A stretch of 64,000 nucleotides of DNA from Anaerolineaceae bacterium (lineage in GTDB: Bacteria; Chloroflexota; Anaerolineae; Anaerolineales; Anaerolineaceae). The notes beneath the pieces were generated by a model. It made no database searches. It saw only the letters and a list, made by a program, of their open reading frames with translations, and was not told the DNA's origin. Positions within the stretch are counted from its first letter, which is position 1, and the number at the start of each line of letters is the position of its first letter. This document shows, one piece after another, positions 18,231 to 27,668 of this stretch. The stretch covers positions 743 to 64,742 of the forward strand of contig DAOUGM010000015.1 of assembly GCA_034428895.1 (NCBI GenBank), written 5' to 3'. Position numbers and translations under genes: made by a program.

Positions 18231-19889
18231 ATGATTCTAGAAGGTTACGAATACGCTTGGCTGGTTTTTCTGTTCATCGCGATTTTCTTCGCCGTCCGCC
18301 TGGTCGTGGGTATTTGGGCGGGAAGGAAGGTTCAAGATAATACAGACTACGTTGTGGCGGGTCGAAGGCTGCCGATTCATATGGCAGCGGCTTCGATCAT
18401 GGCCACCTGGTTCGCCGCCGAGACCTTGATGGGTGCTTCGGAGACAGCGTACGACTATGGGTTCCAGGGTGTTGTTTTCGACCCCTTTGGAGCTTCAGCC
18501 TGTCTCTTCCTATCCGGTTTCCTGTTTGTCAGGCTCATGCGTCGGGCGAAATATCTCACCATCGTGGATTTCTTTGAACGCCGCTATAACAAGCTCACGG
18601 TCGTGCTCACGGTCATCGCCGAATGCTTGACTTACTTCTCCTGGACGGCAGCGCAAATCGTTGCCGGTGGTGCGATCGCGCAGGGCATCTTCGGATTGGA
18701 TCCGGTCTGGGGGATGGTCATCGTCATCACCATTGTGGCAGCGTACACAACCATGGGCGGTATGATGGCGGATACCTTGCTGGATTTCTTCCAGATGTTC
18801 CTCACCGCCATTGGCATCAGCCTGGTATTCGTGTTTATGCTCAAGGCCGTGGGCGGGTTCCCGGGTTTGTTCGAGGGCGCGGGATCCACATATGTTTCGG
18901 AGCCTTTTAAACTGCTTCCCATCAAGGGTGAGGGGTACCTGGGTTATACGGGATTAACCGGCTGGATGTATTGGCTGGCAGCCTGGATGGCCATTGGACT
19001 GGGTTCGGTAGCCACCCAGGACTTGATGCAGCGTTCGATGGCTGCCCGCAACCAGGCGACCTCCGTTTACGGTTCTTACTTTGCAGGTGTGCTCTATTTG
19101 TTCTTTGGCATCATGAGCCCGTTGATCGGCATCATGACCTACAAGCTGCAGCCGGGAATGGAAGACATCAGTTACCTGCTGGTAAATGCGGCCATGACGC
19201 ACATGCCGGCGATCCTGACCGCCATCTTCATTGCAGCCCTGGTTTCGGCACTGATGAGCACCTCTGACAGTTCCCTTCTTGCAGGAGCTTCGGCAGTGAC
19301 CGAAAACCTGATCCCATTGATCACTGGGAAGAAATTGGAAGGAAAAGCAGCATTGTGGTGGACCCGCGGAATGGTCATCTTCAATGCTGCGGTCGGGCTG
19401 TCCATCGCACTCTGGGCGCAAACCATTTATGAACTGTCGGTGGTTGCCTGGACCTTGCTGCTGGTTGGTCTTTTCACTCCTTTTGCACTGGGAATGTACT
19501 GGAAGAAAGCAAATGCTTGGGGAGCCAACGCGGCGTTCATCGGCGGATTCCTGGTATGGATCCTGGCGACCCTCTTCTTCTTCAATACCGGGTTGGCAGG
19601 GCAATCCACCGCGGTTGTCTGTGAATATACTGTCGATATGGGTGTTTACAGCGATGGCTGGTGGTGTGCGTTCTGGGATGCAGTATATATTTCTTCCTTT
19701 GTTGCTTTCTTCTCCGCCATCATTCTCATGGTGGTGGTCTCCCTTGCCACGCAGAAGGCATGCCCGCCGAAGAAACTGGTGGACTACTACGGCGAGCCGA
19801 TCGATATGCGTGTCAAACTCAACCTTGGGTTGCTGCCGATCAAGGACGCCTTCCGCAAGATTACCAAGGAAGAAAAAGAGATCACCTAA
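18231..19889 (+). CDS. Sodium:solute symporter (SSS) family transporter
   Basis: 552 aa with about 13 TM segments and an SSS-like N-terminus (VVAGRRLP.., ..AETLMG..). It is co-transcribed with the patA-like gene across a 42-nt gap. Confidence 0.85.
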   Translation: MILEGYEYAWLVFLFIAIFFAVRLVVGIWAGRKVQDNTDYVVAGRRLPIHMAAASIMATWFAAETLMGASETAYDYGFQGVVFDPFGASACLFLSGFLFVRLMRRAKYLTIVDFFERRYNKLTVVLTVIAECLTYFSWTAAQIVAGGAIAQGIFGLDPVWGMVIVITIVAAYTTMGGMMADTLLDFFQMFLTAIGISLVFVFMLKAVGGFPGLFEGAGSTYVSEPFKLLPIKGEGYLGYTGLTGWMYWLAAWMAIGLGSVATQDLMQRSMAARNQATSVYGSYFAGVLYLFFGIMSPLIGIMTYKLQPGMEDISYLLVNAAMTHMPAILTAIFIAALVSALMSTSDSSLLAGASAVTENLIPLITGKKLEGKAALWWTRGMVIFNAAVGLSIALWAQTIYELSVVAWTLLLVGLFTPFALGMYWKKANAWGANAAFIGGFLVWILATLFFFNTGLAGQSTAVVCEYTVDMGVYSDGWWCAFWDAVYISSFVAFFSAIILMVVVSLATQKACPPKKLVDYYGEPIDMRVKLNLGLLPIKDAFRKITKEEKEIT

Positions 19890-19960
19890 TATTAGTTGCG
19901 TTGTGTGCGAGGTAATTGCTTCGCCCCACACACGCGAATTGTGATCACATGTATAATGGA

Positions 19961-19992
19961 TGGCGTCCAAAGTCAACCGGCTTTGGACGCCA
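19961..19992 (+). terminator. Strong stem-loop downstream of the SSS gene (possible terminator, no adjacent U-tract)
   Basis: 12-bp stem: TGGCGTCCAAAG (19961-19972) pairs with CTTTGGACGCCA (19981-19992). It is followed by an A-run, not a T-run. Confidence 0.35.
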
Positions 19993-20043
19993 AAAAATCC
20001 AAGTCTTTTTTCAAACGATCAGAACCAACCGATAAGGATCAAC

Positions 20044-20571
20044 ATGCCCGGAATCAGCAACGTTGAATTAAAATTTCTGCTTTTGATATTTGGGATCATG
20101 CTGCTCGTAGTGTTTCTGGTACGCAAAGCGGTAAAAAAAGTAAGGAAAGATCAAGAATCCAGGAGTACGACAAGGAAAACCCCGGAACAAACCGAGAAAC
20201 CAAAATTGACGGAAGAACAATTCACAAAATCGTGGAAAAGTCTTTCTTATTTATTGCTGCTTGTGGCAGCCGGCAACCTGTACATGGTGTACACGGCTGT
20301 GCGGGATGCCCTACAGGTAACTGGCGGAGCATGGATCTGGTGGATCGATGCTGTGTTCAGCCTGCTGGCAGCGGCTGCAGCGGTGTTCATCTGGCGTAAT
20401 GAATCCAAACTGTGGGTTTATGTCTACTTTATGTTTACACTCCTGCCGATTTTTCTCTTCATGTCGATCAAAGGCACCAACTATAAGGTGAGCGCTCTTG
20501 TCCATCTTTTCCCGCTGGTTTTACTTTATTTTGTGCTGCAACCAGTGTGGAGAAACTTGAAAGAGGGATAA
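20044..20571 (+). CDS. Hypothetical membrane protein
   Basis: About 4 hydrophobic segments. Start moved to ATG at 20044 (MPGISNVELKFLLLIF..., RBS AAGGA), because the ORF-track N-terminus overlaps the stem-loop. Confidence 0.5.
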   Translation: MPGISNVELKFLLLIFGIMLLVVFLVRKAVKKVRKDQESRSTTRKTPEQTEKPKLTEEQFTKSWKSLSYLLLLVAAGNLYMVYTAVRDALQVTGGAWIWWIDAVFSLLAAAAAVFIWRNESKLWVYVYFMFTLLPIFLFMSIKGTNYKVSALVHLFPLVLLYFVLQPVWRNLKEG

Positions 20572-20594
20572 TTCCTTATGCAACTTAAAATATC

Positions 20595-20632
20595 ATCCCC
20601 CGGCAAACATTACAAACCAGGGGATTCTTTTT
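20595..20632. terminator. Weak hairpin plus T-run between convergent genes
   Basis: ATCCCCCGG ... CCAGGGGAT (one mismatch, 13-nt loop) followed by TCTTTTT. Confidence 0.35.
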
Positions 20633-20640
20633 CCCAACTT

Positions 20641-21993
20641 TCAAATGATATGACTCACGGCTTCACGGAAAACCCTTGTGTGATAATCAATATCTTTTTC
20701 GCTAACGTCGGGCGCAATCAAAGCCATGTTGTGGAAGGGGGTCATTAAAATACCGCGGTTCATGGCTGCCAGGTGCATGTAGCGATCCAGTTCCGCATCC
20801 ACAGCAGCCTCGGCATCGCCGCCGTTGCGCGGCAGGTGATCGCAGAACCAGTATTCCGCACGGCAGCCGAGACGGTTGATTACCCATGGTAATTGAAATT
20901 CGTCCATGACCTGTTTGACACCCTCCGTGAAACGAACGGCTAACGGGATGGTGTGGGCATAGGTCTCATTGCTCAAAGTGTTTTCGAGCGTGTAGCGCAT
21001 GGCCGCGAGGGAAAGCGCGTTGCCCGCCAGGGTTCCGCCGATGCCGCCGACGTCCGATTCATCCACCTGGATGCTTTTTGAAACCTTTTCGCCGACCTCC
21101 TCCGAAAGACCGTACACCGCTGCCGGTACGCCGCTGCCGATGGTCTTTCCCACGGTGAGGATATCCGGTTCCAGCCCGGCTTCCCCGGTATAACCGCCGG
21201 GCCCAGCGCACATGGTGTGAGTCTCATCGATGACCAGCAGCGTACCGTACTTGCGGGTAAGCTCGCGCAAGGCTTGATGGTAACCGGGATCGGGATGAAT
21301 GATCCCAATGTTGGTCATCACCGGTTCGGCCAACACACAGGCCACGTCGCCGGGCGCCAGTGCCTGTTCGAGGGCGGGAATATTATTCCAGGGGATGACG
21401 CGGGTGGTAACGACGGGGTTAACCTGCGGACCAATCGCGCCGGGGCGCGGACCGGGAATGCCGTCATTTATGGTGATAAGCGTTTCATCCACGGAACCGT
21501 GATAACAGTAGTCATACACCAGCACGTAAGGGCGTTTGGTGATGTGGCGGCAGAGCCTGAGAACGAAGCGGTTGGCGTCGGTTGCGGTGAGGGTGGTCTG
21601 CCAGTACTTGAGCTTAAAGCGTCGCTGCAGTTCTTCACCCACCCAGATGGCATCCTCGGTGGGCAGCATGAAGGTGATGCCTTTATCGAGCTGCTCCTTG
21701 ATCTTCTGTACGGGAAGGTCGGGGGAGTGACCGACCATGGCGCCGGTGTCTCCCAGGCAAAAATCCAGGAACTGCCTGCCGTCGGCGCAGGTAAAGGACG
21801 CGCCTTTCGCATGACTGACGAACAACGGAAAACCGCCTGCCCAACGCACCATCCAGTTCATGGGGACGCCGTCCAGCAGGCAGCCTTTCGCGCGTTCATA
21901 CAACGCGTGACACTTTGGATGGTCTTGGGCGAATTGCTTCAACTCTTGTTGCAAAGCGCGATCCAATTTATTCCGGTCGATCGTGGCCATCAC
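20641..21993 (-). CDS. Class-III PLP enzyme of the glutamate-1-semialdehyde aminomutase-like subgroup (omega/beta-transaminase candidate)
   Basis: 450 aa with VIDETHTMCAGPGG and the Lys in TVGKTIGSGVP. The overall pattern resembles GSAM-like transaminases. Confidence 0.75.
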   Translation of the reverse strand: MMATIDRNKLDRALQQELKQFAQDHPKCHALYERAKGCLLDGVPMNWMVRWAGGFPLFVSHAKGASFTCADGRQFLDFCLGDTGAMVGHSPDLPVQKIKEQLDKGITFMLPTEDAIWVGEELQRRFKLKYWQTTLTATDANRFVLRLCRHITKRPYVLVYDYCYHGSVDETLITINDGIPGPRPGAIGPQVNPVVTTRVIPWNNIPALEQALAPGDVACVLAEPVMTNIGIIHPDPGYHQALRELTRKYGTLLVIDETHTMCAGPGGYTGEAGLEPDILTVGKTIGSGVPAAVYGLSEEVGEKVSKSIQVDESDVGGIGGTLAGNALSLAAMRYTLENTLSNETYAHTIPLAVRFTEGVKQVMDEFQLPWVINRLGCRAEYWFCDHLPRNGGDAEAAVDAELDRYMHLAAMNRGILMTPFHNMALIAPDVSEKDIDYHTRVFREAVSHII

Positions 21994-22198
21994 TTCGTTC
22001 TCCTTATGACTGTGGATTGACTAGACAAATTAATTATATTGAATGCGAAAAAAAACAACCTCGTAAATCGAAGTATTTTTACCGTTCTTTGCCTCTGTTG
22101 TTGATCGGAAGAGAAATAAATGATCGCCCAAAATCGAGTTGAATTCGGAGAAAATGAAAAATCAAGGTTTAAAAAACTGAACGAGGATTGAAGATCTG

Positions 22199-24025
22199 TC
22201 AGCGGTCCATAAACTGGCGCTCATAGAGCTGGGCGTACAGACCCTTTTGCTTGATCAGCGCGGCATGGGTTCCCTGTTCCATAATCTTCCCTTTGTTGAG
22301 GACGTACACCCAATCGGCGTTGCGGACGGTGCTCAAGCGGTGGGCGATCACAATCGCAGTTCTGCCGTGCAGAAGGTGGGTCAATGCTTCCTGAATCAGT
22401 GATTCTGTGATGGTGTCGATATTGGCGGTCGCTTCATCGAGGATCAGAATGCGGGGGTTGGTGAGCAAAGCACGGGCGATGCTGATCAATTGGCGCTGTC
22501 CTTGAGAAAGGTTTACGCCGCCCTCCAGCACGCGGGTGGAGTATCCTTCAGGCAGACGGCTGATGAAATCATGAGCGTTGGCCTTGCGGGCGGCTTCTTC
22601 GATCTCATCCTTCGTGGCTTCAGGCATACCGTAGGCGATGTTCTCTTCGATCGAGCGGGAGAAGAGGAATGGATCCTGGGAGATGATGCGCACCTGCTTG
22701 CGCAGCGATTGCAAGGTGACATCGCGGATGTCGTGCTCGTCGATGCGGATCGATCCGTCGCTGACATCGTAAAACCTGGTGATCAGGTTGGCGATGGTCG
22801 TTTTGCCTGCCCCGGTGGGTCCAACCAGTGCTGCGGTTTTGCCGGGATCGATGGCGAGATCGATATCATGCAGCACCAGCGGGGTATCCGGCCGGTAGCG
22901 GAAGGATACATGGGAAAAGGTGATCTTTCCAACCGTTTCAGGCAGATCCACCGCGTCCTCACGATCGGTAATTTCCAGGGGGGTATCCAGTAATGTGATC
23001 ACCTGTTCACCGCCGGCCATGGCGGATTGAAAAGTGGTGTAAATGCGGCTGAGTTCCTGGATGGGTTGGAAGAAGCGGGAGACGTAGGTCAGAAACGCCA
23101 CCAGCACACCCAGGGTGACCTGTACATCGATGACAAAATGACCGCCGAACCATAACACGATCACCGTGGCCGTCATCCCCAAAAACTCGATGGCAGGCAG
23201 AAATATGAACGAGAGGTTCATCGCCTTAATGTAGGCATCGCGGTTATCGAGATTGACCTGTTCAAAACGCGCCTGCGAGGTTTCCTCCTGGGTGAATGCC
23301 TGGATGGCGCGCATGCCGTTGATATCCTCCGCCAGGTCGCCGACCACCGCTGCCACCCTGGAACGGGTTTCGCGGAAAGCGCTGCGCGCCTGTCGCGAAA
23401 AGAGCCAGGTCGCCAGGAACATTAATGGCAGGACGGCAAAGGTCAGTAATGCCAGTTTGGCATTCATGGTCAGCATGATGACGACAATCCCAATCAACAC
23501 CACCGCATCGCCCAGAAGCGTGACCACGCCCTGCGAAAGGAGTTCGTTGATCTCGGCAACATCATTGATCACATGGGATACGGTTACGCCAACGATACGG
23601 CGGTCATGGTATGACGGCTGCAGACGCTGCAGGTGGCGGAAGAGGTCGCCGCGCATGGTGGAGAGCACTTTTTGACCCACCCAGGAAAGCAAGTAACTTT
23701 GACTGGAGCTGACGAAGTAAAGCGCGATGAAGGATGCCGCGATCATTAATGCGATCTTGACCAACCCTGCCCGGTCGCCAGGGGTGATGTATTGGTCGAT
23801 TGCCACCTTGACCAGGTATGGAGAAAGCAGGGTTAAGCCGGACTGCAGCAGGGTGAGCAACAAGGCTGCCAGCATCTTCCACTGGAACGGGCGAAGGTAG
23901 GCGAGCATGCGGCCGATCACCCTGCGGTTGAACACCTCTCCCTCCCGCTGCCCCGGGCTGCCGAAGTCTTCCAGCAGAGAGCGCGGACCCAAACCGGCCG
24001 AAGAAGGACCGATGGAGAAGCTCAC
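22199..24025 (-). CDS. ABC exporter, fused permease/ATPase (consensus Walker B, deviant signature)
   Basis: 608 aa with Walker A GPTGAGKT, signature LSQGQRQ, Walker B ILILDEAT and H-loop AHRLS. The GTG start overlaps the upstream stop (GTGA), and the RBS is GGAGGAG. Confidence 0.9.
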   Translation of the reverse strand: MSFSIGPSSAGLGPRSLLEDFGSPGQREGEVFNRRVIGRMLAYLRPFQWKMLAALLLTLLQSGLTLLSPYLVKVAIDQYITPGDRAGLVKIALMIAASFIALYFVSSSQSYLLSWVGQKVLSTMRGDLFRHLQRLQPSYHDRRIVGVTVSHVINDVAEINELLSQGVVTLLGDAVVLIGIVVIMLTMNAKLALLTFAVLPLMFLATWLFSRQARSAFRETRSRVAAVVGDLAEDINGMRAIQAFTQEETSQARFEQVNLDNRDAYIKAMNLSFIFLPAIEFLGMTATVIVLWFGGHFVIDVQVTLGVLVAFLTYVSRFFQPIQELSRIYTTFQSAMAGGEQVITLLDTPLEITDREDAVDLPETVGKITFSHVSFRYRPDTPLVLHDIDLAIDPGKTAALVGPTGAGKTTIANLITRFYDVSDGSIRIDEHDIRDVTLQSLRKQVRIISQDPFLFSRSIEENIAYGMPEATKDEIEEAARKANAHDFISRLPEGYSTRVLEGGVNLSQGQRQLISIARALLTNPRILILDEATANIDTITESLIQEALTHLLHGRTAIVIAHRLSTVRNADWVYVLNKGKIMEQGTHAALIKQKGLYAQLYERQFMDR

Positions 24026-25860
24026 AGTTGCTCCTCCTGTCTTTTCAATTGTTGATTGTATATGCCGCGATAGAGTTGTGATGTGTTCAACAGGCTCTCG
24101 TGGGTTCCGCGGGCGGCGATCTGACCTGCATCGAGCACCAGGATTACATCCGCATCGCGCACGGTGCTGAGGCGGTGGGCAATGACAAAGGTCGTGCGCC
24201 CCTGAACGAGATTGGCGAAAGCCATCTGGATCAGGTGTTCAGTCTCGGTATCGACGGAGGACGTGGCATCATCCAGGATCAGGATACGCGGGTTGAGCAG
24301 CAATGCCCTGGCGATCGCCAGGCGTTGTTTCTGTCCACCGGAGAGTGTGACGCCGCGCTCTCCAACACGCGTATCGTACCCCTGGGGCTTTTGCATGATG
24401 AACTCGTGCGCCTGGGCAGCTTGCGCAGCGCGGATGATCTCCTCTTCACTGGCGTGCCTGCTGCCAAACGCGATATTCTCCCGAATCGAGGCAGCAAAAA
24501 GGGTGGTTTCCTGCAGCACGATGCCAATCTGCCTGCGTAAGGATTGCAAAGTCACTTCACGAATATCTTTCTCATCGATCAATATGCGCCCGTCCGTTGG
24601 GTCATAAAAACGGGGAATGAGGTTGATGATGGAGGATTTCCCTGAACCGGTGCTTCCCAATAAGGCAACTTTCTGTCCAGGCTGGATGTCGAATGATATG
24701 TTCTTCAATATCTTATTGCGTCCGTAACTGAACGAGACGCCGTCGAAGCGCACACGCCCCTTGATCCTGCCAATGGATCGGGCACTGGGGGTATCGCGCA
24801 CCTCGGACACAGTATCGAGTACGTCGAATATCCGTTCCGACGCGGCGCCACCAATGGCCACCGCCGGAATGATCATTCCGAGGCGGCGGATGGGATCCAC
24901 CAGTTGCCCCAGGTAGCTGATGAAAGCCACCACCACCCCGATGGTCAACTGGCCGTTGATCACCTGCGTGCCGCCGTAGAGAACAATCGCCACCATCCCC
25001 AGGTTGGCGATGAGGAAAAGGAGGGGGATGTTCCATGCCTGCATGCGCGCCGAGCGCTTCGAAAGGTCGAACCAGAGATCATTTTCTTTATCAAAACGTT
25101 CGATCTCGGCATCTTCCTGAACGTAGGCTTTAACCACGCGGTTGCCGCGCAGGTTTTGTTCCACTGCTGTGGTCAACCTGGCGAGCTGTTTTTGCACCTG
25201 CAGCGAAAGCGGGCGAAAACGGATGCCAAAGCGCAGAGCCTGCAAGACCAGGAATGGAAAGGTGATGAATACCAGCAGCGCCAGCCTGTAATCCATGATC
25301 AGCATGACCACCATGGTTGTTAAAAGAAGGAGAACACCTTCCAGGATACGCAGGCTGGCGCGACCGGTGAGAAAACGCACGCGTTCCACATCCTGGATGG
25401 CGCGCGAAAGCAATTCGCCAGTCTCGGATTGATCATGGAAGGAGAAGGACAGGTGGGTGAGTTTCTTTTGAAGTTCGTTGCGCAGGTCAAAGGCGACGTT
25501 CTGTGAAGCCACCTCACTCCACTTGCCCTGGAAGTAGTTGAAGACACCCTTGAGCAGGGTGAGACCCAGCAGCGCTAGGACGGACCAGGATAGCACGTCC
25601 AGGCGCTTTCCATCGATGCCGGTGTCAATGATGCGTTGAATGAATTGTGGGATCAGGGTGTTCAGCGCCAGGATACCCAGCAGGGATAAATAGGCTCCTG
25701 CGGTTTGCTTCCAGTAGGGAGCCAGGTAGCCGAAAACCCTCCGCAAAACCTTCAGCAACGGAGTGGAGGGTTTGGGCAGCGGCATCAATTGTTCTTGGAA
25801 ATGAGTCGCGGACACTTGGGCATCAACTCCAGCAATTTCTAGCATACTACAAAAAATCAA
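24022..25860 (-). CDS. ABC exporter, fused permease/ATPase (degenerate catalytic site subunit)
   Basis: 612 aa with Walker A GSTGSGKS, signature LSGGQKQ and Walker B ILILDDAT (Asp replaces the catalytic Glu). The true start is uncertain: TTG at 25860, ATG at 25845 or ATG at 25785. Confidence 0.85.
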   Translation of the reverse strand: MIFCSMLEIAGVDAQVSATHFQEQLMPLPKPSTPLLKVLRRVFGYLAPYWKQTAGAYLSLLGILALNTLIPQFIQRIIDTGIDGKRLDVLSWSVLALLGLTLLKGVFNYFQGKWSEVASQNVAFDLRNELQKKLTHLSFSFHDQSETGELLSRAIQDVERVRFLTGRASLRILEGVLLLLTTMVVMLIMDYRLALLVFITFPFLVLQALRFGIRFRPLSLQVQKQLARLTTAVEQNLRGNRVVKAYVQEDAEIERFDKENDLWFDLSKRSARMQAWNIPLLFLIANLGMVAIVLYGGTQVINGQLTIGVVVAFISYLGQLVDPIRRLGMIIPAVAIGGAASERIFDVLDTVSEVRDTPSARSIGRIKGRVRFDGVSFSYGRNKILKNISFDIQPGQKVALLGSTGSGKSSIINLIPRFYDPTDGRILIDEKDIREVTLQSLRRQIGIVLQETTLFAASIRENIAFGSRHASEEEIIRAAQAAQAHEFIMQKPQGYDTRVGERGVTLSGGQKQRLAIARALLLNPRILILDDATSSVDTETEHLIQMAFANLVQGRTTFVIAHRLSTVRDADVILVLDAGQIAARGTHESLLNTSQLYRGIYNQQLKRQEEQL

Positions 25861-25911
25861 GGGTACGTTAGGTTATCCCCAACCAAATGTCATCAATAGC
25901 AAAAACGAAGG

Positions 25912-26769
25912 TTATAAAATAATTTTTTTGCCGGTCAATGCCGGCTGCAGTTCGATGCTGCTGTGGTTCTGCTGGAAAGTACGAGAAACCAGGGCGTAAT
26001 GGTGCAAATCCCAGAAGTCTTCCTTCTCCCGTCCAATTTCCTGCAAATGAGCGATCACCAACCTTGCCGGCTGCAGGTGAGAGAAGAAAGCATAAAAATC
26101 TTCCAAATAAGGAAGAGTTTCCTGAAGCGCGCAGCCTTTGCCCAGCCAGAGATGAGCAAAGACTCCGTCCAGTCTGCCAAAATCGGGAAGTCCTGTACAG
26201 TCATACTGGCGGGTATCGCCAGGGAAAAGCCAGCGTCTGCCTTTGAACTCCGCCAGGTACCCCATTTCCGGAATTCCATGATCTCCGTTGTAATGGAGGG
26301 CGTTGAACGGGGTGAGTCTCAATCCATCGATGTGAAACTGTTTGCCGGGACTGGGGATAATGATGCTGTCGCTGCGCAAGCCGGCACGCTCGACGGCCAG
26401 GTCGAGCATGAACTCGGGGATGACCCAGCGGATGGGAAGATCGCGCAGCGCATGGATCAACTGCACATCGAAGTGATCGTTATGCGCGTGAGATAGCACG
26501 ACCAGTTCCAATTTGGCGAGGTCTTCAGACAGGTCGCACGAATGCGAGAGATGGATACGATGAAGAAGAAAGTACGGATCCAGTGCCCAACGGACATTGC
26601 AGGTGTGGAAAAGGTAATTGGCTGAATAGGTCAACCAGGCGGCATCTTCAGTGCTGTTTGTCTGCCATTCATCGATGATCTTTTGCCAGAGGGATGGATA
26701 TTCCCCGGCGATTGTTTTGCTCGGATCGTGGGTGGATGCTGCTTGAACACCGTTGGCATCATTCCGCAT
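25912..26769 (-). CDS. MBL-fold metallo-hydrolase (UlaG / COG2220-like)
   Basis: 285 aa with the HxHxDH motif in VLSHAHNDHFD. It overlaps the upstream PfkB gene by 11 nt (ATGCGGAATGA). Confidence 0.75.
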   Translation of the reverse strand: MRNDANGVQAASTHDPSKTIAGEYPSLWQKIIDEWQTNSTEDAAWLTYSANYLFHTCNVRWALDPYFLLHRIHLSHSCDLSEDLAKLELVVLSHAHNDHFDVQLIHALRDLPIRWVIPEFMLDLAVERAGLRSDSIIIPSPGKQFHIDGLRLTPFNALHYNGDHGIPEMGYLAEFKGRRWLFPGDTRQYDCTGLPDFGRLDGVFAHLWLGKGCALQETLPYLEDFYAFFSHLQPARLVIAHLQEIGREKEDFWDLHHYALVSRTFQQNHSSIELQPALTGKKIIL

Positions 26770-27655
26770 AGTATTGGTCTATGAAGGCTTCCACTTCGCT
26801 GATGGGGCGGTCGAACGGACCCTTGCGTTCCATCTTCAGGCTGGTTACCGCAGCCGCCCATTTTCCGGCTTCGCGCGGAGGCAGGGTGAGGCGTTTGGAG
26901 ACATAAGATCCCACGCAGGTATCTCCGCGGCCGCTGCGGCCTTCCATGGAATTGGAGTGGAAGCGATAATGGTAACATTTCCCTTCCGCGTGGATCATCA
27001 CGCCCTCACTGTGCGTGAGGACGATCTCTTTCGGTCCAAGGGCGGCGAAGATCCTGGCGGCTTTTTCGATGTCCGTCTCACCGGTCAGGTATTCAGCCTC
27101 CACCGCGTCTGATTTCAGAATGTCGAGGTTTTTCAATACCTCGGCCATTTCTTCCCAAGGTTCATATACGAGCGCTTCTCCGCGCACCACGCGCACGAAT
27201 CCCTGAACATCGGCGGAAAGGAGCACATTGTTTTTCTTACGCAAGGTTGTAAAGAACTCAGGCTCCACTTCGCCGCGCAAACTGGGGCTCACCACCACGG
27301 CGCGGGCTTCCAGACCTTCCAGGTGTTCGGGCTGAATGGTTCCGGCGATCCCTTTCACGTACAAATTCCTTTTATCCACATCGTGGGTCTTGTATTCCAA
27401 CGTCATCAAGGTGGAAGAGGGAGAATACACCGGGAAGCAATCGATGCCGTCCTTTTGAATATTCTTTACCACATGTTCGTCTTCTTTTGCCAGGCGGGTG
27501 ACAACGGCGGCTTTGATTCCCAGGGATTTGCCGGCATGGGCGGCATAGTTCATTCCTCCGCCGTCAAGGTAGTGGGTGCCGTCCGGGGTGATGATGGTAT
27601 CTTTTGTGTAATTTCCGGCAAATATTACGTCATAGAGCTTCAATGTATTCGTCAT
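26759..27655 (-). CDS. PfkB-family carbohydrate / phosphosugar kinase
   Basis: 298 aa with the ribokinase-like N-terminal GG dipeptide region (YLDGGGMNYA) and a C-terminal anion-hole-like motif (GRGDTCVGSY). Confidence 0.8.
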   Translation of the reverse strand: MTNTLKLYDVIFAGNYTKDTIITPDGTHYLDGGGMNYAAHAGKSLGIKAAVVTRLAKEDEHVVKNIQKDGIDCFPVYSPSSTLMTLEYKTHDVDKRNLYVKGIAGTIQPEHLEGLEARAVVVSPSLRGEVEPEFFTTLRKKNNVLLSADVQGFVRVVRGEALVYEPWEEMAEVLKNLDILKSDAVEAEYLTGETDIEKAARIFAALGPKEIVLTHSEGVMIHAEGKCYHYRFHSNSMEGRSGRGDTCVGSYVSKRLTLPPREAGKWAAAVTSLKMERKGPFDRPISEVEAFIDQYYAE

Positions 27656-27668
27656 GGATCACCTTAGG

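Noticed and set aside
19960-20043. N-terminal 28-aa extension of the membrane-protein ORF, using the ORF-track start at 19960.
   Set aside because: The extension overlaps a 12-bp stem-loop, is hydrophilic and atypical, and lacks an RBS. ATG at 20044 is preceded by AAGGA and starts directly at the hydrophobic segment.
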